From: Amoebophrya sp. A120
Taxonomy: Eukaryota; Protista; Dinoflagellata
DNA length: 64,000 nt
NCBI GenBank assembly: GCA_905178155.1
Contig: CAJINV010000005.1
Location: forward strand, 4,195,556 to 4,259,555
Direction: 5' to 3'
In this document: one piece after another, positions 1 through 12,270 of the stretch
Numbering within the stretch: the stretch's first letter is position 1
How the letters are laid out: every line of letters starts with the position of its first letter
Notes under the pieces: generated by a model
What the model was told of the DNA's origin: nothing
The model's input: only the letters and a program-made list of their open reading frames with translations
Databases searched by the model: none
Position numbers and translations under genes: made by a program

Positions 1-61
1 CGCAGATAGCATTACAAGTTCCACTCTTCCAGACCAAGACATATTTGCAATCCAATCCATA
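1..61. mobile_element. Introner family A, partial (right TIR only)
   Basis: cttccagaccaagacatatttgcaatcc...ata matches the reverse complement of the family A TIR. Confidence 0.7.
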
Positions 62-65
62 CTCT

Positions 66-3000
66 TCAATCACGAGCAAATCTGCTGGTGTCCACCATGA
101 ACTGGGTGCGCTCGGCGCGCGTGGCAGGCAGGTACTTTCGCACGAGAACGCTGATGCCGAGGACCACGGATGAAGCGTAAAGAAACGCGAAGAGGCAGGT
201 GACGAAGTTGTTCTCGAAGACGAAAAGCGACGAAAAGAGCGCCACGCAGACCTGGCTCCACGAAAACGCTGACACGCACCGCAGCACGTCGTGTACCAGT
301 ATGGCGAACGTTCCTGCTGCAGTCAGTGGCGCACCACTTCCATCGCGATTAGCTGCCGAGTCGGAGGACGCACCACGTTGGTGCTGCTGAGGCCGATCCG
401 TTCTTTCCAGGCCCGCCCCAGCAGAAGACCTACAACTAGTACTTGCTGTAGAAGCTGCGCCGCTCAGGCCAAGGCCAAGGTGGACACCCGCATGATCCGA
501 AGAAGATGCCGCGCTGGCAGTTGGCGGCAGAGCGAGTTGGTGCAGGTTCGGCCGATCGTACTGAGAAAAGTAGGCTGCGCCGGCTGCTGCGTTCCCGACC
601 ACCGGCAGAGGGGGTTCTACTGAAGGGGCTAGGGGGCCATTGCCGCGGTCACCCTGTCCTGACGGTTGTGAAGCGCTGCTTTCGGCCTGCGTTGCCCATC
701 CAGTGGAAAATCCTCATCAGCTTGGAATTCTGCTGCTCGTCATGCAAACCATTTCACGTATAGTCACCACCATCGAGTCCTACTAGTTTGAAGATCAGGA
801 CTTTGTTCATCACGTGGTCGTCACGGGCACAAGTAAGTAAGTAAGTACGTATGCGATGGATCAGAAAAAGCCGGGCGCTGGTAAACAAAATTTCTCAGAA
901 CGAACCTTTTTTCGAGAATGATAAGGACCGAACAGACCTTTTAAAAAGGTCCGTTCGGTCCTTTATTTTTTCGAGGATGCGCGGACGCTGATAAGAAAAA
1001 CTTTGCAGAGGATATAATCCCCTCGTGTGTCCGTGTTCCGGTGTTCGTCCAAGACTCATGGTCCCGAATAAGACGATCCGCGAGATCGTCCTGGCCCCGC
1101 GGAGCTACCCCCGAGAAGGGCCCCCGGCCTTGAAAAAAGGACGCAGGCGCCGCTCCGCGCACGAGGGCACTGACAAAGCCCGCAACCGACTGCGTTGCGG
1201 CCGTCCACGACACGTTCCGTCTGGTAGCCTGGTTCCTGGTACTGGCACGAGACGCCCGGCTCGGCCCCCCTCCGCGACTGTTCATTCGCGAGTATTTACT
1301 GCTGGCATCGAAATCGATGTGCGGCAGGCAGACCTTCAAAAGGAAGGAATCGCATCACAGTGAAAAATCAAACCCCCTTGCCCCTGCCCTTTGCCTTTTC
1401 TCGTCATACGATCCAAAAATAACTTCCTAGGCCTGGTGCTCTGCCTCGCGGTCTCGTACGTCAGTGATTCATCAGCTCTAGTACTCGGCCTTGTACAAAA
1501 TGACAGAAGGAGAAGCGGCCCCTTGCCCTTGTCCTGGATGTACTACATGACTCTGGAAGAACATACCAAAGCCGCAACTCAGCTTCTTCGCTTAGGGCCG
1601 GAGCTGGTGCACAACACATGCCTACCAAAACAGCAATCTAAAAAAGTTTGTGCGTCGCTAACGCTATTAAATAATCCTATGGCATTTACGAAGCGGGTAG
1701 CGGGGTTCGGCGGGTTGCCTAATTTCTCACCCTGATAAGACGAAGGCAGAACAGAGCGTATAAAGCGCGGTAATCGCCACAAACACAAAGAAGGGGTAGC
1801 CTCTCATCTTCGGAAAAGAATACGCAAAGGGCTCCGTGCCTGCTCCAGCGACTGCGCGGTTCTGGTCTTGTTCCTCTTCCCCCGGCTGCAAGGGTGTGCC
1901 ACTTCTGTCGTCCTCCACCACCTCCGCACGATGGTACGTCTTTAGAGCAGGTTCTGCTTCCTCGCCACCATTCCTCGGGTCCTCATCCTCGTCCATCTTC
2001 TTGTGCGAAGTCGGGGAAGGCGTCACGGCGGAGACGGCAGCAGGGCTGGAAGTGGCAAAATGATCTGCGACGTGGTTGCGGAACAACGCCGAAGAGAAAG
2101 GATCTCCGACTGTAGGACTTCGTGTCGCATCGCGAGGACTCTTTGATGCAGAAGAAACGTTTGATATTGCCGCGTCCTGCACGTTGGTGTTTTTTAAATT
2201 CTGCATCTTCTTCACGCCCGCGTGACCACTCGTGTCCTTCTCATCTTCGAGATGCTGTGTTGCAACGGCCAGCGTTTCATTTTTGGACGAAAGTGCGGAA
2301 GCCCCAGACGTCGCGGAACTTGTCACGATATCACTGGAAAAGTTTTTTCGGCGGACCTCTGCAACTGCTGGTCTATCTCCAGAAGCCCCTCCTGCGACTC
2401 CACTTCTCGCGTCTCCTGATCGGACAGCTCCGGCTTGTGCAGACTCCGTCGACTGCGGTTGAGAAGCAGAAGCAATCAAAATGAAGAGTCCCCCATCACC
2501 AGGAGAGTAACTCTAACTGCAAACGTTCCGCATCGCATGAACTTTTTCTATCGTGTGAAGTCTTGCAGAGCTCAGCCAACAAGCATAAGCTTAGGCATTT
2601 TACGACCAATGCCTTAGGGCATACATGGTCTCGGGAAGAGTGGGTCAAGCTGCAGCTTGAGATCGGACCCGAACTTAGGACGCACCGGAGTGCAGCATGT
2701 ACTGGTGAATATTGCATGCAGGGAATGCAACGAATTTTGATTCGGATGTTGAGCCTGTTACGCAACTTCCACATGAACGACATCGCCTATACTGCGGCGC
2801 CGCGCATCATAGACCGGGGTGGGGGTACTTTTCGTTCCATGTGATAGAAGCCGGGGAAATCGTAGGTCCTTCACGCCCATCCTGGCCTGGTTCTTCTTCT
2901 TCCAACGCCCTGGCGTCGGCGGTTTCGACTGCTGTAAGGTATGCGTGCCCGTTTGTGTTCCCTCTTTTTCGGTCGTGCGTTGACGTTGCGACCGCCGTTT

Positions 3001-6000
3001 TTTCGACCGGCACAAGCGGCGCAGCGTCCTGCGAACCTGTTAGTGACGCGTGCCCTTCATCATTTTTGTACCCTTTTACTTGCCCCACAACCACACCACG
3101 GCCCGTGTCCGACGACTGAGGCATATGCTTCTCGGGGTCTGCTTCTGCGGTGCCCGTGCCAGGCACCAAAGTTGTTCTTTCCGACTCTTCTTTACCCGCC
3201 TCAGGAGCTGCGGACGCCGTGGGCCAGACTTTCTGATCCGCACTGTTCGGCGCCCCCGATTGGGGCTGGCGTCCATCTTGCGGCACGATGCCGATGGCAG
3301 GAGGAGTTTCTGGTTCGTCCCCCTGTCGTGGGGAAGATCCCTGTTGCACCGCTGCCGCCACGTTTCCGCCCTCACCGATTCCGCTCCTCGGTCCGGACGG
3401 CAATGTATTCGTGCCAGACAGTCTACCGCGTCCGTTGCCGTCGCCCGCAGAGAGCGACAGGTCATAGTGGCTCTCCGCGAGCCGCTTGGTGAAGAGGTGC
3501 AGGAGGCCGTAGGACGGATCTGAGAATGTCTATCAGCGGCGAATATGTCTGGGTCTGAAACAATGCAAGATCATCTGCCATGCATATACCTGCGGACCAC
3601 ACACACACACAGAGTCGGGAATGCACACAAAGACAAAAGCATCGCAAATTTTGCGCGAGCTTCCACATGCCTACTGCGCATGAGACGTCCGGCGCCTGTT
3701 GCCTAGCAAGAATTGCGCAACTCGAAGCGTTCATGCACCACAAACTTTTATATTTTTTTGTGATCGAGACTTAGCGTGACAAGTTGCAGTCTTGTTCTTC
3801 CAGACCCATACATATTTGCAATGCATAATGCCATGACCAGCACAATGATGGAGGTGTAGACCGAGAAACTGAGGTAGGACCTCCACAGTATCCTGCGTAA
3901 AGACGTCCGCACCCAAGAGTCAAGATGGGGATGTCGAAACACAAATCCAGAAGTTTTGGGAGTGACAAGTTCCGCTCTGCATTGTAGCGCAGTTTAGCAA
4001 AGCCAACCGCATGACAAAGCCTCTCATGAAGATGCGCATTACAAATGTTCCTGCAATTGGTATTGGAATTGCAAATCTGCATTGACAACTCTGGGGTGGA
4101 GATGCTTTTGCTCAGGATACAGAGGCGCACATACTTATTGCGAGAGCCCCTGCGGGTCGCGTTCCATCCGGTCACCAGGGACCGGGAATCCTCGTGGTGC
4201 TGTGCTCCGAAAGGAGGATCCACACCGTCGAGGTCGTTGTAGGCCGGCAAATCCGGTGGGGAGGACGACGCTGCGTGAGCAGACGATGCTGCGGCTTCAT
4301 ACCAAAACTCCTCCTGTAGGTCCGCGCGGCCCTGCTCCTCCACCTCCTTAATCCTGCGTAAAAACGTACCCACCCTGTGGAAAGCAAAGACGAGAAATCG
4401 GGTAGACAAATGATCCCAAAGCTTTTTAAGGACTCGCTAATGATAGAGAGGACTCGCTGTCGCTAATCATGAATTAGGCCTGCAATATATCAAGTTAAGC
4501 CATGGCCAGGGAAAAAATCAGCCGAATGGAGCAACGCAAAACCGGAAAATGCTCGTCGTGCTATTAACCGTCACACAAGATCTCCAAAAATCTCTATTTT
4601 TATTGCTGTCATCAGAGTAAGAAGCATTCCGAAACGCCAGTGGACGATCGAGATCCGCCTCACGGTGCTGCGCATGATAAGGAACATCCGGGAGGGCGCG
4701 GGGCATGCAAGTCAGCATGACAAAAAATTATGTCCCGGGGTGTTTACGTTTTCACGCAGGATACCCTGAAGCTCGTCTGATTCTCTTTCCATCATGTCCG
4801 CCGCAGCAAGGTCGTGTCCGACGAAATCATCATGTCGGACCCCAATCATACCTCGTGACTCGGGGGAAATGTCCGAGGAAAAAGTTGTAGCGGGCTTGGC
4901 GCTTACCCTGCTACCATGCGTCCCAGTGTCTAGTTCCCAAGGAGAAGTAGTGGTTGAGGCCGTGATCTCTGTATTGTGAGGGAAAATACCCCCTCCCCAT
5001 ATCGAAAACGAAGTTTGTGACGCTGTATAATTTGAGTACAACATCACAAAGCGACTTGTAATATTCCTAGAAGGCCAAGAGACGCAGTTGTGCCCTCGTT
5101 TGCAGGCAATTTGTCATCCTATTTCCCGGTTCCAGTTGCTTTTCCTGTCATGCTGAAGACGGAAGGCCTTTCCACGCCAGCCAGCACTAGTGTCGGCGTC
5201 CGCATCTTTTCCCTTCTAGCATGACAACGTGATTAATTTGTGGTGACAAATCATGCTACACGACAAATCTCCCTTTGAGTACTTATGGGAACAAGGGGGG
5301 ACTTTTCATTTCGATACTCTGGACGAGAAGACGAAAAAGTTGCGGCTCCTGGTGGCATATTGCGACGAAAAATCCCCCCTCCCCATTTCAAAACGAAATA
5401 TTATGATACTGATTCGTGGCCGCAAATCAGATTTGTCTATGCAGAAAGTGTGCTTGGCGGTATTTCTACTTTCTGGTATGCAAAAGGCTAGCAATTAGGC
5501 ATGGAAAACAGGTTTGCAGTAGTCGAAAGCGCATGATAACCGACTGGCTGTAGAATGCGCCACAGGGCTGCTATTACAACCCTATAGGCATCGACAAAGG
5601 TGATTTGCGACCACCACAAATTAGCATCACGACAAGGTTCCATTTTGATATGGGGGGGGATTTTTCACTTTGATATGGCAGGTGGTGTTGTCTGAGAAGG
5701 CTTTCGTGCGGTACGACTGGCTCAGGTCCAAACCGGATGTAAAACAAGATGCAGCCGAACAAGATGCCGACCACGTACCAAAACCGATGCTCCTCGACGA
5801 CAACCAACGCCAGCACGTATGGAAGTTAAGCGCACGCTCCCGCCGGGCAGAGAAAGGGTGTCTGCCTTTTCCTTTATGTCATATTGCATTTATGTACTTA
5901 TCGCAGGTTTATGTCATATACGTATTTAATTTTAAGTACACTTATCCTCGCACGACTCATATATAAATAACTACATTTGTGATGTCATGTCAGGAGTCCA

Positions 6001-9000
6001 AAGTAGAAGCTACAACATCGGCATGGTGTTATGGTTTGCCACTTCGGTATGATAGCGTTGCTAGCCTCTTCGGGCGAGCGTGACAAAAAGCCTGCACAGA
6101 AGGCCTCAACGGAGGGCTCCCGGTCTCGTCTGGGCTTCCAGCAAAACAACATACTGATCAAAAGAAACACTAGATGAATTTTTACAGCGACCACACATGA
6201 CCCATACGACTACGATCATCTTCACGTACATATGGATAAACTTAAACCTTGGGGCGGGGGCATACTTATTCTCAGCATAGCACGTTCGTGGAAAACAGGC
6301 TCCAGCAAAGGAACCCGACACCCCATCCAAATCCGTAGATTTATACGACGAAGACCGGACACATACAAAATCAATGTCTCACAAGTTTAAGCAGGTGTCT
6401 TTCAGAAAGGTGACAGTTGTCACGCTTCAATGGAAGCAGATGTGTGTCTTTTCATGCAGTCTCGAAGCTTGTGGCTGTGTTTTGATGTGTGCAGTGCATG
6501 ATTTATCGTGGATAAGATAAAGAGAAATTGTACAAACGGAAGCCAGTGACTCCACCCGCCCAGCAGCGAATTTGTTGGGTGCCCTACACTGCCTCCGGCG
6601 GAGCTGAAGCTGACACTGAACAGGTTCATGCGACTATCCCGTGCAAAAATGGCGCCGTGTTTCGCAGCACAAGTCCATGAGAATGGGGTGAGCGTGAGTG
6701 TAAAACGCTTGTCCCTGGTGCATGCCGAGCTTGTTCCTTACGGTTACGGCTTGAATCGTGTCAGGAAATAAAAAATCGAAGCACAACAACAAAAGCAACA
6801 ACCACAAACCTGCAAAAGTACAACTTCCACAGCATTTTGTATTCTACCTCGTGCGTACTATTTGGACATTGAAATGGAAATAGCAGACGCATTTCATTCT
6901 TCCTGCTCCAAGTAGATACATAAAAAATTTGAGTGTCGACTTTGACAGACGCTTTCACACAGGGTAATAGCTACTGCTGGAACTAGCTCCCAGGTACCGC
7001 TGCTGCCGCCTGAGCATGCGAAAGTTTGTCCATGCATATCGAAAGAAAACTACCGCCCCACCAGCCCTGACCTGAGTGGCTTTGCAGAACAGATGCTCTG
7101 CACATGATCAAAAATCAAAAAAAAAATACTATTTCAATTTTATTTTACTTAGTGTCAGTCGTGATGAGGCTGCAATTGCAAATGAAAGAGGTCCCTTGCA
7201 GTCACATTTCTGCCTGATTTTACCACTACTGCTGCGGGTCCCCTTCAGGGCAGTGTCATCGTCTTGTGGTGGGTCATTTTCCTGAGGTGTCTCGTTTTCG
7301 TGGCAAGGGCCACGACCCTAGTACACATCTAGATGGAAGGCGGGTTCTTTTCTTTTCTTACTGCACAAGCAGTGGTCAGTAACGCGATGAAGAACAGGCC
7401 GGAGACAAGTTTTCCAAAGCTCCCACAGCACAGCAGGCCCAGCTTCTCCAACAGAAGTTGCCAGACCTCGAGGAACAAGCTTTATTGTGAGGAAAGCTCC
7501 CCCTCCCGATATTGATGAACGCGCATCCTTCTGAAAATTTGCCATGCAGATTTGTGGCCACAGAGTGTTTCTGTCTTGCAAGAAGGCAAATGCCGAGGAA
7601 TGCGCCACATTATGGAGGCGCTTTGTCATGCTGACTGGCCTGCAGGGCAGGGGTTTCCCATGCTAAACAGCCATACCCTTACGCTCCCTAAGAACAGGCC
7701 AAGAACCTGCCTACAGTCCCCCACTGCAAGACTCATTTGTGTACGCAAATCCAGCATCAGAAACTGCGTCTTGATATGCTGGGGAGGGAGAGTCTTTGCT
7801 TCTGATAAGCTCGCCTTGCTGACCACCAGCCCGATCGGCAGCCACTCCAGCGCCCCGATCAGAATTGGCCACGACAGCATGCGAAACAGTCGGCCAGGCA
7901 GAGTCGAAAAAAACTCCGGAACGCACCGCCGGTGACGGTCGCGCCAGTGTCATCCTGAGCATAAAAACCTACACCACATCCCATCGTCAAGAAGATGCCG
8001 GCTTTGATGCTACACGACAAGTCATGATCACAAACTTTATTTATCAGGCACCTAGTTCTGTAGAACGAGTCGTGGTTAGCTAGTGCAGCCGCATCTTGTT
8101 CTGAGCTACTTTGGTTCTTATCCTGATTCGATAGTGAGAGCATACCGAATTTCCACACAGCATGATTAGACATTGAACGCTTCTCAAGGGGTTCTTGCGC
8201 ATGGTACGACACGACATCCGATTCTGTTTCATTTCTGGCAGCTCTGGGCATGCAGATTTACATCACAAAGATGGAGTGGGTATGTTGTTTTTACACAAAA
8301 TAATAAGTGCCTCTCCTCGGTGGACGCCGGCAAAGCGGTCGTGTAGTCGACCTCCTCCTCCTGGTAGGCCTATGCATTGTAATTTCTATGTCTGGATGTG
8401 CAAGATGGCAAGCAAACCTGGGAATGGGCTGCTGATTGTTGAGTGAAAAAATCGGTCCTGCATACAAAACAACTCAGCAAAACTGCATGCGCGCTCTTTG
8501 TCTCTGGAAGAGGGCGCTTCTCGGTCTCGCGCAGGCCAGGAATGAAAAAACAAAAAGCCTCCGCAGAATTTGCTAAGTTTAATAAAGTAGTTCCTGCGCA
8601 CTGCGTTGATTCTCGCGGGTCCAACAATTGCACAAGAACGCATACCTGCTTTCTTCCAGATCCTGCTCACCAGACCACATATTTGCAATGGATAAGGCGG
8701 CAGTATTGTAGACCACAAAGACTAGAGAGTCGTGGTAGTACCAGACAAACAATCCTGCGGCCGTGATGGCAAACACCAACTCCGCAACTCCGGCAATCGC
8801 GCACTGCTCGATCCGGTCTTTTTTCGAGCTATCAAATGTAAAAATGTCTGGGTCTGGAAGATCGCGAGATTTGTCATGCATATTTCGGATCACGCGAATG
8901 GCGTCTGATGCAGGCAAAAGCATCACAGGTTTTGAACGCGCCTCATGATGCCTGTCCCGCATGAGAAACTTCCTACTTGCGTGCCAAGAAATGGACAGCT

Positions 9001-9270
9001 TTTGGCGCTCATGCAACACAAATTTTTGTGTGTTCCAGAGTTTGCATCACAAGTTGCAACCCTTCCAGACCCAGACACTTTTACATTTGATACGAGCAGT
9101 GCCCGAACCAAACGCCGACGGCGTGCGGGCTCTGCGAACTGAAGACGATAAACAAAATATCCAAGAACAGCCGAAAGGAAGTTGCCACGATCACCGTGCT
9201 ACTCATGCGTAGATAGCTGCGCAAGGTCAGCAGATATCCGCGCGGCACAAGTTTCAGAAGTTGCTGCATC
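66..9270 (-). CDS. Multi-exon polytopic membrane protein of unknown family (ends and two junctions unresolved)
   Basis: Exons join in frame after removing 12 introners plus one 5-bp repeat each, e.g. ...VWFGHCS|KKDRIEQ...YNTAA|YQEEE...EERH|WRDR...KASL|FLEVWQLL...; STNV|LALVVVEEHRFWYVVGILF...HHLP|PGAAT...RPE|ITAS...KYVRL|WRSYLSF...VMA|FSDPSY...SPAS|ASQPQ...AFV|SFLLKVCL. Many hydrophobic segments. Junctions at ~715-1012 and ~6341-7330 are not cleanly resolved. Confidence 0.6.
1353..1737. mobile_element. Introner (degenerate TIR (C/T)ATCA..GTGA.AAAT)
   Basis: Flanks aatcg/agacg; removing element+5 nt joins AFV|SFLLKVCL in frame. Confidence 0.6.
2474..2846. mobile_element. Introner family C-like
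   Basis: Perfect 5-bp TSD gaagc; frame restored. Confidence 0.8.
3531..3827. mobile_element. Introner family A
   Basis: TIR core atgtctgggtctg; TSD atgtc/atgcc; frame restored. Confidence 0.85.
3889..4119. mobile_element. Introner family B
   Basis: TIR tatcctg...caggata; TSD cacag/cagag; frame restored. Confidence 0.85.
4350..4763. mobile_element. Introner family B
   Basis: TIR atcctgcgt.aaaacgt; TSD tcctt/ccctg; frame restored. Confidence 0.75.
4972..5316. mobile_element. Introner family C
   Basis: Perfect TSD ctctg; frame restored. Confidence 0.85.
5358..5675. mobile_element. Introner family C
   Basis: Perfect TSD tggca; frame restored. Confidence 0.9.
5818..6279. mobile_element. Introner (degenerate, B-like)
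   Basis: tatg...cata ends; perfect TSD gcacg; frame restored. Confidence 0.7.
7483..7807. mobile_element. Introner family C
   Basis: TSD agctt/agctc; frame restored. Confidence 0.8.
7951..8305. mobile_element. Introner family B
   Basis: TSD agtgt/agtgc; frame restored. Confidence 0.75.
8371..8694. mobile_element. Introner family A variant
   Basis: TIR tat(g/c)cattg.aa; TSD aggcc/aggcg; frame restored. Confidence 0.8.
8830..9092. mobile_element. Introner family A (near-perfect ~31-bp TIR tatcaaatgtaaaaatgtctgggtctggaag)
   Basis: Perfect TSD cgagc; frame restored. Confidence 0.95.
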
Positions 9271-9873
9271 GCTGACGCTGCAGCTTCTTCAGATTATACC
9301 AGTACTAGTACACGTACTTAGTGTGATCCTACTACGTAAACCGACCGGGGTTCGTCTTGTTCGAGGTCGAGCTGCCTCGGCCTTTTCGAATAAGAACTTC
9401 TGCCGAATTTTCGCACCTCAGCGACAGCGTCGTGAAGATGTACCATTTTATTCTTCTCCTGAAATAAACAGGAACGTGCCAACGCCCGACCCCGGGTGGG
9501 TCAGATTCAGACTTGCAGCAACTATGCTTGAAGATGCTGATCGCCAAATGAAACTACATCATGACGTGTCTAAAATAGCTTCCGCATATCGGCAGGATCA
9601 TGGCTGCAGTCGTGGTTAAACTTCATACTTGTTTCTGTTTGTGTTTTGTTGCGCCAGCAAAAACCAAAGCATAAGCAACACAACCGTGCTGGCACGAATA
9701 GTACTGCAAGCAACCCCTCCGTAATCTTTTCCGAACCACACCAGATAAGTTCAGCTGGCGTACTACTAGCTACTATTAATTTGTGGCGCAGAGCCAAATG
9801 TACATCGACATGAAGGTTGGACATAATCCACATCATCGGGACACTGCTTTTTTTTGGTCCGGATCGTGGTATT

Positions 9874-11342
9874 AAGGTCGCGCCCGGAGGGCGATATTGG
9901 TAACCAAATGCGTGCGCGAAAATCGAACCAGCGCGAAGGCCCACCAACCTTTTTCTAACATCGCCGCGGCCCGCGCCGCGAAAGCGCGGCCCTGCGGGCC
10001 GCGCTTTCGCCGCGCGGCCGCCGCTACAAACGAGAAAAAGCACCATTTGTTTTTAGTTTCTAGATTCCCACTTCTTCTTCTTGGGTCGCGGGCCGCAGTT
10101 GTGCTCGCGGCCCTTTAGGGCCGCGACCGCAAACTGCGTACCGCTTCTTGGGTCGCGGGCTCCACCACTTCCCCGCGGCCCTAAAGGGCCGCGGACAACT
10201 ACTGTCGCCCGCGGCGGCCCGCAGGCTCCTGCGATAAGCATTGAAGGCGAAATCCGGTCTGCTATTTCGCAGCGGGGCATCCTTTCTAGCCCCCTGCATG
10301 ACAAACTGGCCTCCTGGCCAGGAAGCTATGTGGCCGGGGGGGGCAAGCCCCCCCCGGACCCCCCCACCCACCTTCGCAGCGGGGCATCCTTTCTAGCCCC
10401 CTGAATGACAAACTGGCCTCCTGGCCAGGAAGGTATGTGGGCCGCGCTCTCATCCTCTAACCAGGAAGCAAGGGCGCGCAAAAGAATGCGTTTTTTGGCG
10501 AGCAGAACACCATCGCGAGTAACATTATGCACGAGGGCACGCTGGCCAGGAAAAATGCGCAAATTTCAAAAAATTAATCAAGTCGCGCCATTTCCGGCAG
10601 CCCTTTTGGGCCACCCAGATCGAGCATTTCCAAGCGGGAGGAGGCTCACAATTTTGGACCTCATACAGGTCGAAAACCGTGAGCGGTGGACACACCTCCA
10701 CAGGCTTGATAATTGTGTTCTTGTCGTCCAATCCCGGTGGTACGGGCCTGCGGAAAATTCTGCGAACCCCTTTTGAGCGGCAATTTCCAAGCGGCTTTTA
10801 CTTTTTCAGCAAAAGTTGTCATTTTCAATTTTCCAGCGGTTTTCGGGGACTGCACAAAATCGGTAAATTTTGTCGCCCGCTTCCACCCTGCGAAAAAACG
10901 CACTTTTTAAGCATTTTTTTTCAATTTCCAAGCGGCTGGAGCTGCCTGGACGTGGCGAGTTTTTCGCTACAAAACCCATCACACCATCGGCCCTTGCCGA
11001 AGATACCACTATCTTTTTTCAGATTCAGACCGGGCGGAGCTGCAAAAATGCTCTTTTTTACGCTTTTCCCACTTAGTAATTGCTGTTTTGGCTGCTTTCG
11101 ATGAAATTCCCACAACTCTTCCCCGATCCGCTTTCTGAAGGCAGAACACACTTGATAATGCCCGATTTTGCCAGTGGTTGCATACCCCCGAGTTCCTCCC
11201 ATATGGTAACGGCAAAGCCTTCGCGCTGCGTTTGCGATGGATGAGCATCTCGCAAAGAGCGCTTTGCGCGCGGGGGCGAGCGATAGCGAGCCCCTGCGCG
11301 CAAAGCATCTCGCGAGCGCTTGCGCACGCTTTGGTTACCAGA
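9874..11342 (-). mobile_element. Non-autonomous Helentron/Helitron2-like (HINE-type) element, copy 1
   Basis: On the minus strand it starts TCTGGTAACCAAAGCGTGCGC; the subterminal inverted copy (9898-9918) is followed by a stem-loop tcgccc-tcc-gggc(gc)ga and CCTT. No TSD. Homologous to 32509-33633. Internal ~71-bp duplication at 10266-10336 and 10373-10444. Confidence 0.6.
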
Positions 11343-12270
11343 TTAAAGAACGAATAATGTTGACCTAAACACCGACCATCGACTCGTTACTGGGGACAGC
11401 TCAGAAAAGGATTTCTTGTGCAGTGCGCTTATTCCCAGCGCCAGCTCACTGCGAGGATACAAAACATAAGCACGGTTTTTAACATTTGATTTTACAAATT
11501 GACATTTCTGAATACAACCAATCTTCCAAGAAGCGAATTGGAACTGTTTTTTTTTTTAAGTATTTCCCCGCGATGTCCATACAAAGTCATAGATGAAGCT
11601 GAAGGAGCATATACTTGCATCCATTGTGATGGCGACCAACTACGTCGTGAACACGGAAGCAACTTATTGAATTCCATATAGTTGTTTGGTTACCAGCCTA
11701 TGACCAGCACTCGTTCCGTATCAAGCACTGGGACTGGCTCCGGTTTGCGGGCATGCAGAGCACGGCTAACCATAGACAAGCACAACTACATGCGTGCTGT
11801 TGTACACTAACGGAGTACTACTTACTTAAGGCACAGAGACCGTACTTTTGCGCGGCACTTTCCAGGCTGAATCCAAATTGTTGCTTCGTTCTTGTCGTGC
11901 CTCGCGTCTTTTGCGGACTGTCGTTCTTCCGCACTCTCTCCAGTGTCTTGGTTTTCTTCGAAATAAAACACATCAAACTTCTAACAGCTGCTGCTTTAGC
12001 CTCAGAGAAGAAGCTCGCTCCCGTAGCTTCATTTCGTTGGGAGGCGCTTGGTGGTACTAGTGGTGGAGCCACAGAAATTGTGCTGGTTGCGGTCGCGGTT
12101 GTGATTTCCTTTCGGGATAAGGAGGGCAGGACGGGCTACAGCGAAGATTTCGGGCATGGGTACAACTCTGGTGTGGAGGCGGTTCCGGCTGCGGGGCGAT
12201 GTGTAGTGCGTAGAACGGCCAGAAGCATAGAGAAGAAGATGAAGAACTGGTGTCGTGTCAATGAATACAA

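Noticed and set aside
60-720. Stop-codon reassignment (TGA read-through) to explain frame problems
   Set aside because: Read-through gave no plausible protein, and all other genes reconstruct with the standard code.
66-9270. Piezo channel or PIG-W assignment for the membrane protein
   Set aside because: Only vague transmembrane-pattern resemblance; no diagnostic motif, and the apparent stop at 66-68 would make it too short for Piezo.
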